Source of the DNA: Raillietiella orientalis
Taxonomy: Eukaryota
Reading direction: 5' to 3'
DNA length: 64,000 nt
NCBI GenBank assembly: GCA_036172245.1
Contig: JAYWIR010000087.1
Coordinates: forward strand, 62,001 to 126,000
The position numbers and the translations under genes are program-made. The notes beneath the pieces are model-generated. The model saw only the letters and a program-made list of their open reading frames with translations, searched no databases and had not been told where the DNA came from. Below, piece after piece: positions 9,865-22,482 of the stretch (position 1 is the stretch's first letter; every line of letters starts with the position of its first letter).

Positions 9865-11655
9865 ATGCATGCATCTGCAGTTGGAGGAGTGGTGCGGCCA
9901 TCGTCCCCCATGGAAGCCATGGAGGTAACGTGCGGCAACGGCGAGGTGGCGGCAGGCATACCGAGAATCGCGCCCGCGGCGGGCTTTGCTGCGCCGACGG
10001 CGGCGATGCCAAGGGTCATGCCCGCGGCGACGACGGCGGAGGTCGTGCCCGCGGCGGCGACGCCTAGGATCGTGCCCACGGCGGGGAACGTCGCGCCTGC
10101 GGCGGCGATGCCGAGGGTGCCGCCCGCGGAGGTAACGGCGGCAACGTCGAGGTTTGCGCCCGCGGCGGTGGCGTCCCAGGCGGGACCCGCGGGCGACCAC
10201 GCGGTGCAGTGAGCGACGCCATCTTGTTCGGCTGCGGCGTCGCAGCCCTTTTCTTATGCGTCGGTGGCGGCTGGACAGGCGAGTGTCCACCCACCTAGGA
10301 AATTCGGTAAGCCGCTTAGCGGAAAAGTTCTGAAAGTGGACCGACCAATAGTCGAAATGGGCCCCAGCGTGAAGCCCATTATCTTCAAGACGGGGATAAT
10401 AAAATTTCATAACATCAGGGAGGTCTATTTGTCCCTCGACAAGACGGACATAGACTTTGATCGCATTCAGGCGATCATTCCATGGAACAACGGGTTCACA
10501 GTCTTTACAGACTGTGAAAACATTAGAGAGCGATTGATCCAGAAGAAGATCAATATACAAGGACGGATGGTTTGTGGTATTGGCGAGATGCCATACACAA
10601 CCGTCTTTTTAAACGGCATCTCCATCCTCACATCGCACCTAGCAATGTGGAATTACTTGGAGCAGTTTGGGGAAGTTCTTGACCTTGATTTTCAGAACTT
10701 CTCTGGAAACATATTTTCTGGCGACATGATCGCCATGATGAAGTTGAGGGAGGGAACGGTGATCCCTGGATTGGCCGTTATTGACGAACAATCATAGGGA
10801 GTGAATGTGCGTTACCGGCAACAACCGGTATTCTGCACCAAGTGCAAGCAGTTCGGCCACAGGGCCGGCGCTTGCCCAACGTGTCGTTGTTTCCGCTTCG
10901 GCAAACTAGGACATCAAGCCCGAAACTGCCCGCAGCCGGAGGTGTGCTCCTTCTGCAAGAAACACGGACATGCGAAATGGAGCTGTCCGGAGTTTGAAAA
11001 CTGCAGAAGGATTCGAGGTCTCTCTCCCGTGAGAGAGAGAAACATCAAGGAGGCCGAGAAGACTCAGAAGGCAGGAAGGCAGAAAAAAGTGAAAGAAGCC
11101 GTCCCGGTGTCGGCGGACGGCTTCATAGAAGTGGGAAAGAAGGGAAAGAGGAGGATGCTCGTCAAGGAGCAAGGATCTCCTCAAATCCTGGAAGCACCAG
11201 AGCAGGAAGGCGTGAAGATGGAGGTAGCGCAGGAAGGCGCGAAGGAAGAGAGACAGGAAGCCACTTAAGTGTCGCAGGAAGCTCTGCAGACTACGGAGGA
11301 GTTGGCAACACTGGCGGAGGAGATCATGGAGGTGCAGAGCGGTCCTCAGCAAGAGAAAATCTTGCAGAAGATCTGCACTGCACAAGAGAACATCAACCAG
11401 GAGGTGGAGGTCGCTGAACGCGAGAAGTTAGAGGGACAGCTTCTCGACGTGAAGGCGAACTTCTGCGCCAAGGTCGAAATAGAGGCGCTATCTCGAAAAT
11501 TGATCGCGCAGGCGGAACACTCTACGGAGGAGGCGGAAATTACCGACCTCACAGGTACGGAGAGTGACGCCGGCAGCGAGAAGCCCGCTGCTTCTTCATT
11601 GTCTGGAAGAGCACGCTCTCTCAGACAGAAGAAGCTCAGGAAGGCCAAAAAATAG
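9865..11655 (+). pseudogene. ORF1 of copy 2, interrupted
   Basis: Pieces 9748-10212, 10264-10797, 10801-11268 and 11269-11655 are homologous to copy 1 ORF1, with premature stops. One knuckle is mutated (CFRFGKLGH). Confidence 0.9.
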
Positions 11656-11668
11656 GTCTTCCCCTTTA

Positions 11669-14600
11669 ATGGCCTCTTCCCTATCGACCGCCAGGAGGAT
11701 AAACATCGCCTCCTGGAACGTAAACGGTGTGGTCGACCAGGGAAAAAGAAGAAGGATTGTGCGGACCATCGCACAACAAGACATCGTGTGCCTGCAGGAG
11801 ACCCACAGGATGGGTCTCGAGATAAGCCAGCGAATGGAACGGCGATTCAACGGGCAGATGTTTGTCAACGAAGGAGAACGGAACACGAAGGGTGTGGTGG
11901 TGCTAATAAAGAACCACTTAGCCCTTACTATTCTGGAAGTGTTCCGTCCCCAACCCGGACGAATCATCGGCGTGCGACTGGCCTGGTCCGCAACTGTTCA
12001 CCTTATCCTGGTGAACGTGTACGGCTTGCACATGCTAAAACTTCGTTGTGCGGAGGCGCTGCATGCAACACTCCAGCAAAAGGTCGCCCCTAACGACGTC
12101 GTGATTGTTGCTGGCGATCTCAAAATCTTGGATGAGATCATTCATTCGGAAGACGCCAGAGGAAGGACGGCGTATCGACGGCTATCCGAGGAGTTCGGAC
12201 TGATCTGGCGAACAGCAAGCCACAAGCCAATCGATCACGTCCTGCACAGCACCCAACTTGGGAACCGCATCCAGGGGTTTCGCGACACTATGACTACGGT
12301 GTCCGATCACCCCCTGGTGCGGTTTTCCCTAAGAACGGAGAATCCTCGGCAAGGCAATGCATCAGGGCGGCGCTCATCAGCATGCCCGCCTGGTTCGAAA
12401 CCCATCCCGGATATCAGGCTGTCCTGGAGGCGATTGTGAGGGCAACAACAATCCGAAGAGTCGCCGACTGGGACAGCCTGAAACACAGGACACACCTGTT
12501 TGCGAACATGCAGTTCGGGGATAGGCGCTTGAGGCAAGAGGCGTACCGGGAGCTGAACATCCAAGACCGCTCCCTCTCAAAGTACTTCGATCAATACGAG
12601 AGTCGGTACGTCCTCAATAACATAAAAGGAGAAGTCGGCGTGCTGAAGAAGAGAAATCTGGCAACAGATATCTTGTGCATCCAGTACGATGGCCAAAAGC
12701 GACAGTAGTCTGAGGACATCGTGGATGCCTTTCACAGACATTACACGAAACACTTCAGGCGACAACAGCTGTGTCGCTCTAGTCAACAGGCCTTCTTGAG
12801 CTATCTCGAGAAGAAGACCGACGACCTCCAGCGGAGCAGACTGGAGGAGGAGTTCTCCGAAGAAGAGGTGAAGACTGCGTTTGGGCAACTTCGCAAGGAC
12901 GTGGCAGCGGGCCCTGATTGTGTACCCATCACACACTATCAGCGGTACCTGCACGCCTACCTGCGCTTGTTCCACCAGTTGACCCTCTGCATCCGGGAAG
13001 AAGGCAGACTACCTCAGTCCTTCTACGAGAGTCGGATGAGATTGCTGCCGAAAGGAGGCGACTCTACCCAGATCGCCCAATGGGGGCCAATCTCGATCCG
13101 AAACTTCGATGCCAAGTGGTTGGCGAAGATCTGGTCCAACCGCTTAGGCAAGGTCATGTCGAGGCTGATCTCTCCGGTCCAGACATGTGCAGTCCCAGGA
13201 CGACACATGTCGGACAATGTCAAGTGTGCCCAGGCCACTGTTGGACTCAGTCGATACGTAGGCGAGAACCTGGTGCTGGTGTTCACTGACATGGAGAAGG
13301 CCTTCGACTCCATCGACCACGGGATGCTGCTGTAGGTTCTGGAGAAGCTAGGGCTTCCGGAACAATTCAGCAACTTCGTGAGGGCGGTACTCCAGAACCA
13401 GTACTGCCAGATCAAGATCAACGGCCAGGAGACGGCAGCAATCAGGATGAAACGAGGAGTCCTAAAGGGCGACTTGCTAAGTCCGATGCTGTTCGTCATC
13501 TATATGGAGGCGTTGTCGTCCTTTATCGATAAGAGCGGACGACTAAGCGGGATTACCATCGATAGCCAGCATCCTGCCCATCTGGCATACGCCGATGATC
13601 TACTCTTCTTCATCAAGGGAGAGAAAAATCAGCGTGCGTTTCTGGATGTGGTGGACCTGATGGAACAGGGCTTGGGCTTAAAAATCAATTCCCAGAAGAG
13701 CCAGCATTTGCCCGTCGGAATACTGGATCTCTCCACTCTAACGGGTAGTGGATTCCGTACGGTAGACACGGCCAAGTACCTGGGAGTCTACATCGGCGAC
13801 GGCTCTGCGTCGAAGCTGCTGTGGAAGGAAATCCTGGGGAAAACGGCCAAGGTAGCAGCCAAGTACACCCGAACGGACCTTGGGACTAAGCGAAAGGCCA
13901 ACATATGGAACGGAGTACTCCTTCCGAAAGTGCTCTTCGGGGCGGCCTTCGCGAGGATGAACAAGGACACTACTAGGGAGTTCGACAAGCTGCAAAAAAA
14001 AACACTGTGAGGCCACTATCGCGCAAGAGTAAGACTGAAACACATGTGTCGTTTCATGGAAGAAGGCGGTTCCGGGATGAAGTCGCTTGCACATTCCATG
14101 GAAATCATGGATACGCGACACATCCTGGACATTGCCACTTTCTGGGATGACTGGCCGTATGCGGTGCACAGGGCCTACGCGTTGTTGCTTAACAACTCGA
14201 AAGGCCTGATGATTGCGCTGCTAGGCAAAGTAGGGGAATGGATAACAATCGACCCGACCTGGAGGAGGAAGCAACGGCTGGTGCGGAAACACCAAATCAA
14301 GATCGTGCCGCGAAGCAGGGAACTCTGGCAGGACGAGTCCATCCTGGTGATCCCTTGGTTGCTTCCTGTCCCGGCGGACACGAGAAGCTGGATCTACCAG
14401 CGGTCCAGAGTTACCCTACAGCAAATCCAGGAGTGGAGGCGAGGAGGCTACCTACATCAAAGTCGTATACTTCGGTATACAGAGATGATGTTAGGAAGGT
14501 TTACCCACAGGACACGCGAAGTGTGGTTCAACCACAACGACTTCGCATGGTCGAGGGTAACCAGAACAAACCTCCGAAGGCTTATCCAAGAAAACGACCG

Positions 14601-15201
14601 TGACACCAGTGCCCTCCAGGAAGCCACCGAACGCTACTGGAGTGAACGGTTCAACCTGTTAGCGATCGGCACGACGCTCTGGAGGAGTGACCTTCCGCCG
14701 GGCACCCAGGATGACCTCCTGATGTTTTATCACGGAGGAATCCAGAGTGGGTCCCGATTGCAGCACTTCACAGGAAGACGGGAAGACCGAGACTGCGCAG
14801 CATGTGGAGACGACGACACGAGACTTCACGTCTTGACGTGTCCCACACTGCTGCATGCCTGGCTGATCCTGAAAAGGTTCATAGGACTTACCAACAAGTC
14901 CGTTATGGAGATCCTCGCCGGGATGTTTCATGGGGATGGTAATGTATCCTGTTACAATCCCATGGTGAGGACGACCATAGCCATCTTCATCACCGCCATA
15001 CTTGTGCGGTGGTGGGAAATGAGGAAAGCCAGGAGAGCCGCACCACCGATGGAGATCCTACAAGGGCTCTTGAAGAGGGAAATCGGCATCAGGAACTGCG
15101 GGAAGATCCACGCCTGGACGTACCTATTCATCCTGAAGAGGATCCAGGACGACGCCCGGGACCATCCAGCTGGAATTCCCCCCGGAAAAGCAGAACTCTA
15201 G
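11669..15201 (+). pseudogene. ORF2 of copy 2, interrupted
   Basis: WNVNG, LQETH, SDH, DMEKAFD, YADD, CAACGDDDTRLHVLTC spread over five ORF pieces with stops and a frameshift near 12355. Confidence 0.9.
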
Positions 15202-15322
15202 TGCAACCCAAGGACCCCCAAGTGCAAAATGTTCGTATTGAGTGAATGAGAGTGCGAATGTTAATTTTGTAGTTGTATAGAAAAATAAACTTACCCCACC
15301 CCTTGTGGGACTTGGGAAAACC

Positions 15323-15334
15323 CGGCGATCGCGA
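15323..15334 (+). repeat. Right target-site duplication of the U4-LINE tandem
   Basis: CGGCGATCGCGA, identical to 3893-3904. Confidence 0.85.
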
Positions 15335-16791
15335 AAGGCGCTGCCGCTTCCTGATCGGAGGATTCACGTGTTGTCTTTGCGACCGCTGGGAGCGCTGCTG
15401 TAGCTGTTGAACTCGCCGTAGCAATTTCCTCCGTGACCGCGGTAGGCACTGCGTCCGCGAGCGAGGTGTGCGGGCGTAGCGGTTGTTTTTACGAGGCAGT
15501 CTGCGCCTGGGGCACCTTGGCCGCGGTAGGTTTATCCAGCACGGAGTTCTTTGCTTTCGGGCGCGAATTTCTCGTATCGGGCGAGCAACTGCATTCCTCG
15601 CCACTTGCCCAGGCCTTGATAGGAGGATTTGCGGTCGTGATGCCGACAGTAGGACTCTTCTTGCACTTCGGCGCACTTTCTCCTGCGTTGAAAATTTTCT
15701 GCGAGGTCTCGGTGAGATCTCGCATTGCTCGCGAGCTTCCTTCGGCACGGTAGCCTGAGGCTTCGCCGCGACGCGTTTTTCATGTTTTTCTCCCCTGTTT
15801 TATGGAGAAGAGAAAGAGCTTACTGCGCATGCGCGTTCACGGTTTTCGCAATTCTCTCGGAAGTTTTGAGGTTTTTTTCCCTCGATTCGCGGAGTTTATT
15901 CCGCGATGCGATACGCGCTTCGATCTTGCGCTTTTCGTTTTTCAAAAGCAGCTCCGGGCACGTCTCTTTTGTGTGCCCGAGCTCGTGGCAGTAACGGCAA
16001 GCGGCCGAGGGACACTTCCTAATGCGGTGTCCCTCCTGCCCGCATTCCGCGCACGCAAACGTTTGCCCCGCAAACCACAGGCGGACGGTCATCTCATCCA
16101 CCTGCAGTCGTGCGGGCATTGCCCGGCGATCCGTCATCGTCACTGGCACCTAAGCGTGGTGGTCTTCGAAACCCTTAGCAGGGTTTGGCAACCTCCAAAG
16201 CGCGTGAACGGAGGCGAATTTTTCAAGGGCCTCCATGACCTGGCGGACCGAAAGGCCCTTGCCCACTCCAATCTGTCGGACAACGAACGACTGATCAGTA
16301 GTGAATGGGAGTATTTTCTGCCTACGAATAAGCAGCGGCGTGTGCAGCAAACGCTGCGTAAGGAGAGCGTCCTAAGTAGACACCTCCCAGTAGCCGCACC
16401 CACTCATGGGAATGAGGGACTCCAACTGGCCTCTATAAACTCCAATCCGTTGAAGTTCCTGACCAAACTCGCGTCCAGCACGCTCAGGAATAAGGACATT
16501 TACCTTATACCTAAGTGCAGGTATGTAGCCATTTGCTACATGCAAATGGCTACATGGTCGGGAGAAGGTCCTATTGTAGGCGATAGGGCAGCGATCTTGG
16601 CGGACGTCCTCGCCTTCGGCTAGGACAGTGGCTGCTTGCTAGCAGCCGAAACCGCCATCTCAGGAGCAGGTACCATTTTCTTCTTGCAAGTGATGTTCTT
16701 CTTTGCTCCCATTGCGGCACAGAAGCACTGCAGAACAAAAACACACAAGAGACAGCCTACCGCGGAGGGACGCAAAAGCACGTACGTACGC
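15335..16791 (-). mobile_element. 5' end and ORF1 of the family B LINE interrupted by the U4-LINE tandem
   Basis: 5' motif variant CGTACGTGCTTTTG at about 16774-16790; knuckles CAECGQEGHRIRKC and CRYCHELGHTKETC. ORF1 appears to continue at 3904 downward. Confidence 0.85.
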
Positions 16792-19128
16792 GACCGGCGC
16801 TGATACGGGAGACGAGAGATGTTCCCGTTTCTTTCCGCTCAGCAAAGGTGCCGCTCCTGCCAAAAGGCGGGGATTTGCGCCACCCCAGCAACTGGCGTCC
16901 GATCACCTTGGTGAATTCGGACGTCAAGTTGTTCTCGAAGCTATGGTTCGCGCGGCTGGGGAGAATCGCGCAGTCCTTGGTAAGTCCGGAGTAGACGTAT
17001 GCTGTTCCGGGGCGTTCCATGGATGCGAATCTCTTCTTCGCGCAAACATGGTTCGAGTTGCAGCAGCGCGTGGCGCAGCAGAGCCAGGCAGCTGAAATCG
17101 CCGCTGCCTAAGGTAAGTGGCGGTATTCAAGGCACGATGGAACGCCGAGAGCCTTAGTGGTCGCCGTCGATCTCTGCAAAGCGTTCTAAGCGTAAACCAG
17201 GACCTCCTTCTCGAGATTCTGGGACGCCTAGATCTCCCGACGCACCCCATCGCCTACTTGCGCTCCTGCTGGCGCCACGCGTTATGCTGTATCTCTTCCA
17301 GCGGGCGTCACGTGTACGGCATTCCCATACGGCGGGGTATCAGGCAAGGAGACAGCTTAAGCCCCCTGCTCTTCAGCATCTTCTTTGAGTTGGTGCTGAG
17401 GGCGTACAGGCTGACGCTGGCCAACCTGTCGAGCTTTTGCCCGGGAACACCGGCCGTGGCCGCCTATGCTGACGACCTTCTCCTGCTGCTGCCCATGTCC
17501 ACCCCGGCGTCCAGGCTCGAAGACTTCTTCGAGATCATTCGTCGGGGAGCGGTCCTGAGCGTCAACAGTAGGAAATCAAACGCTGTACCGGTTGGATCTA
17601 CGTGGGAGTGGAATTCCGAGTGGATCCCTCTGGAGATCTCGACGGGCAGGTGCTTTAAGTACCTTGGCGTTCCCTTGAGCGCCTTCTGTCCAGCAGAAGC
17701 GTGGTCGGACTGCCTTCACAAGGCCTAGACTGCTCTGGGTCCGTTCCAAGGCGGCAAGTTCCTTCTGTCGTAACGGGCCTTCGTGTGGAACATTTTCGTT
17801 GCCCCTCTCCTCCTGTCCTATTTTTTGTTTGTCCTTCTCCCTACTCGGCTAAGCGTTGGGAGCAAAGTCTGTTGCGAAACGCCTTGTTGGGACCGGAGAG
17901 TTCCAGGATACGCCTTAAAGTCTTAAGGCTCTTCGGCGGGATGCAGAATTGGGCATCCTGACTCTGGAGCGGATCCGACTGCTAGTGAAGCTCCGCATGC
18001 TGGTACTTTGCGCCCAGCTATGGACTACTCCCTGGTATGCTCCAGCGCGGCTGCTGCTGCGGCGCTGCACGGGTGGAGACGGAATGCGTTCGTTGCACCT
18101 GCGCACGCAGTGCTCCCAGAGAGGATTCGGCTTCCCTTTGAAGCAGCTTGCCACGCTTCTGGGAAAGCATGAGTGGATCTCCTGCCGGCCGACGAACTTC
18201 AACGCCTGGTGGCAGGAAGCCTCATCGTCCTGAGCAGCGCAACAGGATGTGTCCCGTTTGGAACTCCGTTGCGTGAACCGTTTTTCATACTGTCCAGTGG
18301 GGGAGCTGCTTGAAGACCAGGACCAGTGGATACGCCTAGCCGCTACGCCCCTTGCCGAAGCACTGTCTGGAATGATGGTGCAAGACGACAGTGATCTGCC
18401 GGCGAGGTGGGAGATCAGTTGCGAAATCGCAGGCGAAACCCGACTGCTGGGCAGCTGGCGGACTTGCGAGCTGGCAGACGCTGCCACGCCTTGCCTTCGT
18501 GCCAAGGGACTTTTCCGAAGGAGCGAGCTCCGCGGGGTGCCCACCGAAGAACTTGTGGTCCCTTCTGCGTGCTTGGACGCGACTGTGTTCCCCCTACAGT
18601 GCAAACAGGACGCTTTTCTGCTGGAGAATTGGGGTCTCTACTGCGACCAGCGCGAGCACCTGGTTTCCGGGGGAGTTGCGTCCCCGAACCGTGCCAAATA
18701 CGGAGCGATGGATTTGCTTCCGCATATGCTGTTTAAATGCGGTGTCCACCAGGAGCTGTGGCGGTGGCTGTGTACAGGTCTCCTGCACCCCGGACTCATA
18801 ACAATGGATTGGATTCGCCACTTCTTCATTCGTGGCGGTCTTTTTCTTGGAGCGGTTGTCCCATTTATCTGCTGCATCCGCGCCATTTTTGGGGCCCGCC
18901 ACGTATTGCAGATGCGAGTGGTCCCAACATCTGTCCCGACATGGCATCCTGCAACCTGCAACTGGCTGCCGGGTGGCACCACCTTAGAGCAGAAGTGAGG
19001 ACGGAGATCGGCGGCACTCACCGCCAGTTCTGAGAATAGGAACGTTTAAACTGGATATCCCTGTCTTCGCCCTCCCATTTAATTTATTTATTCATTGTGC
19101 GCCCCCCGTCATGATCTGATCTCTCAGT
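16792..19128 (+). mobile_element. Decayed family B ORF2 (RT to C-terminus) and start of 3' UTR
   Basis: LLPKGG, NWRPITLVNSDVK, GIRQGDSLSPLLF, AAYADDLLLL, FKYLGV, degenerate C-terminal finger LPHMLFKC. Confidence 0.9.
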
Positions 19129-20525
19129 GTCAGAGCTCTTCCGCGGCATTTTTGAAGGCCACGTCATCGCTGGTGGCGAAGGTTTCCGCGGGCTCCTCAG
19201 TGACCCTATCGAACGCGGCGTCCTCGCTTTCGACGCGCGAGTCTCGCGTATCACCCTCTAATCCTAGAGTGCGCTCGTCCACGCGAGTTTCGATCGCGTC
19301 CCCGTCAGCTGTTTTGTCAACTTTGTCGCAGGCGGCCTCGGCACGAACGGCTACGCGTTCCAATGCCACCGAGCATTGTCGAAGTTCGGCGCGCGGTGGC
19401 GATTTTTTCTTTTTCGCGACGGTAGCCTTATTCTCCGACTTTTTCTCAACTTTCTTCTTTTTTTCTTCCCTGTCCTTTTTTAGCTTCCAGTCCTCTTCGC
19501 TCTCCGTAATTTCCGAATGTGTTTCCTCGGACACTTGTGTCTGAGGCTGAGGATCTGGAGGCAGTTGCCGGCCATTTTCCGCATTAGGTCTTTCAACCTT
19601 TCTCATGAGTTTCTCCTGTGCCTTTTGGGCAACAGGGGACACAGGGGTAAGGCGCTTAGGGCACACGCGTCGAACGTGGCCTTTCTCCCCGCATAAGTGG
19701 CACACAATGTTCGGGCACCTTTATCTCAGATTCCCTACTGCATTGCAGTACCCACAAAATTAGGGTTTACCCACGAACCAGATGTCTACTGGTTCTTGGC
19801 AGACCTCCAGCTTGTGAGGAAGCGCGCCACCCTGTTTCACCGTGACACGCGCTGCGGTTTGGCCTCCAAAAATGCTATTGTAACCTTCAAAAATCGTAGG
19901 CTGCGGCCACAACGCGTGCACTACACCGTGTTCACGCAACTGATCACCAACCGCTGACCGCTTCATGCGGCTGGTGATCCCGGTGAGATGGACCACTACA
20001 GAGCGGTCCATCGTCACCAGCAAGATCTTCCGACCATCAACGATCAGCGGGTCGGTGAAGAGGCGTTGAGCCAAAGTGATATCTTTGCATATCACCTCGA
20101 CACGCTGACCCCCATTGATAACGGAGAAACCTTCAAGATCTTGCTCTTGAATATTTGCTTTCTGCAGCGCCTTCGAGAAGGCGCGTGCAGTCCGCCCATC
20201 AAATAATGGTCCTACCTTATATATGGGCGAGAGTTTATATCCTGCTGCCCGGTAGGCCATTTGTTCCGCCAAGGCTTCTGCGCTGGGCGCTTCCATCATG
20301 GCGCTCCATGTCTTCGCCTGCTGCGGCGAAGACGATTGCGGGGCTGATGCCCACGATCCAGTAGGCTGTAAGGGAGAACTAGCCTCCTCCACGCCTACTT
20401 CCATCGCGGTGTCCTCTGGCATCGTAGCCATCGGGCACCGGCGATGTGAAAAACCACAAACACTCGTAAAGAAAACTGTCCTCAAGCCTCGCTGAGTAAG
20501 CGACGGAAAAACATGTCCGCTCTCG
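19129..20525 (-). mobile_element. Family B LINE 5' end and ORF1 fragment
   Basis: 5' GAGCGGACATGTTTTTCC; MATMPEDTAMEV...TWSAMM, RRM-like VVVHLTGI...HGVVHAL, knuckle CHLCGEKGHVRRVC. Confidence 0.88.
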
Positions 20526-20539
20526 ACGAGCCGGGATTG

Positions 20540-21270
20540 GGGTAGGTACTCGCAACAAAAGGGCGTATTTATACGCCCGTCGTTAAGCGAGGATCACCAA
20601 CGTCCGTCGCTTGGCCGAATACCGAGCGGGGGCTGAGCGCCAGGGCAAGCACTCCGGGCCTCATACCCTGCTCGACGATTAGGACCGGGAACACTCGGCT
20701 TCTGCCGCGATTCAACACATCGGGAAAGAAGTTTATTCTTCCTTGTACGCCAGGGCGCTTTTGGAGCGGGACGCCTCGCGACTGCTGCTCCTGGACGGAG
20801 CCCCGGCCATAGGGGAGGAAGAGAAGTAAAGTCTCTACGAGCCTTTTATTGCGGTGAAGATTTCACCGCTAAGCACCAGGGGAGGATGGCCTGTCCACGG
20901 AGTTTTTTCAAAGCTTTGTGGCAGAGTCGACCCCCTTGGTGCATAAGTTGACACAGATGATCCGGGATGTAGGCGATGTTCCCGCCTCGCTTCGGTCAGC
21001 CAGAGTGAGGCTTCTTCCGAAAGGGGGAAAACTGAGGGATTTAAAGAACTGGCGTCCGTTCACAGTCATGAACACGGACGTCAAGTTGTTCGAGAAACTG
21101 TGGGCTGCGCGGCTCGGACAGGCATCCAAATCCGTACCTAGCCCGGAGCAGACTTACGCTGTTCCTGGACGAAGTACTGAGGCTAACCTTTTCTTCGCCA
21201 GCACATGGTTTCATGTGCGAAGCGAAGTCAAAGAGAATAAAAGATCTCCGCGGCCTTATTGGGACACGGA
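20540..21270 (+). mobile_element. Family B ORF2 linker and RT N-terminal fragment
   Basis: YSSLYAR, APGEDGL.TEFF, RVRLLPKGG, NWRPFTVMNTDVK, QTYAVPGRS. Confidence 0.85.
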
Positions 21271-22482
21271 CTTTCAGAGGCAGTTCCAAGCGCTCCCGCA
21301 CACGGTTTCCCGTGTGTTTTCCTGGACGCGGAAAAGGACGCAGACGGTCCAGCAGCCTTCATTAAGTGCGTGGCCGCACTCTTGGGCTGCTTCGAAGGGG
21401 ACGATTTGCCCCCAGGGCTGCATGGCATTTTTCCCGCCTGCGCGGCTGTCTGGGATAGTGACTTCCCCAAAACAACCGCGCTCTTTTTTGCGGGACTGCC
21501 ACTCTTTCAAGGTTTGCTCTTCGCGCCCGATTTCTCCCGTTGCCACAACGGGGGATCTTTTCGGCGCGGACGGGGTCGATTGTTGGCGGCTTTTCACCTG
21601 CCGTTTGCGCTTCAGCTCGGCGCACCCTTTAATAAAGTGGCCGAGCTGTTTACAATAGCGGCAGTTGCGAGAAGGGTACGTCCACGGACGGTGGCCCTCT
21701 GCGCCGCAAATGCCGCAAGCCGGTCGCTGACCGTCAAATTTAAGGTGGACGATTGCATCGCTTGCCTGCAATTGCGAAGGCATGTCCCTCCGATGTGCCA
21801 TGGTGACGCGCGCCATGGCAAGTCCGCTGTGAGGAGATGCAATCCTTTTAATGGGATTGTCTGCTTTCCACAGCGCGTGCACCGTGGCGAATGCACTAAG
21901 TGCACCGACGAGCACGCGATCGGGCGTGTCCACCTGGACGGCGGACAATCGGACCACGAACGACTGGTCCATGGCCTACGGGACGACCTTCTTCCTGCGT
22001 AGGTTAAGCGGGGTGCGGAGAAAGCGCTGGACTAGGGATGCCCCTTTATAGTGCACCTCCCAGTGTCCTAGCGCGTTAACAGGCATGACGGCCAGGAGGT
22101 CGTCCTGCAGGACCCCGACGCGCAAAAGCTCGTCGCAGAGAATTTCTACAACCCCGTCGGAGATAGTAACACTCACGGGATAGCAGAGAGCGAGCTTGTA
22201 GCCATGGGCTGCATATGTTGGCAGCTCCGCTTCGTCGGGCGATGCTCCGTTTGCTGCGGTCGCCTTGACGACGTTGGCGAGGCTTCTCGCCGGTGGCGAG
22301 ACATAGGCATCAGACATGCCGAACCTCCGGGGTAGATACTCCGTTGCCCGCTGTAGCCTTCACATCCATCTCCTCTGGCACGGGCGCCGTGGACATTTTA
22401 GCGGACGCACGTAAGCATACCACACGCAAAGAAGACGGAAAGGAATCGAGCTCCCGGAGCAACACTGAACACGTCCGTCCAG
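21271..22482 (-). mobile_element. Family B LINE 5' end and ORF1 fragment
   Basis: 5' GGACGGACGTGTTC; MSTAPVPEEMDV, SLANVV, MDQSFVVRLS, CGICGAEGH, CRYCKQLGHFIKGC. Confidence 0.85.

Larger units (their letters stand above)
9618..15320 (+). mobile_element. Family A LINE copy 2, more decayed
   Basis: Colinear with copy 1. Same 3' end: AATAAA (15284-15289), ACCCCACCCCTTGTGGGACTTGGG, AAAA. Confidence 0.95.

Noticed and set aside
16770..16830. Twin-priming 5' inversion as the cause of the head-to-head junctions
   Set aside because: The inverted part does not end next to the RT start point and carries its own 3' end. At 1500 the two arms overlap in RT and come from diverged copies. Not excluded for every junction.
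20561..20578. Palindrome GGGCGTAT-TT-ATACGCCC containing a TATA-like box upstream of an element
   Set aside because: It appears to lie in decayed ORF2 linker coding sequence and is not seen at other 5' ends. Likely chance.
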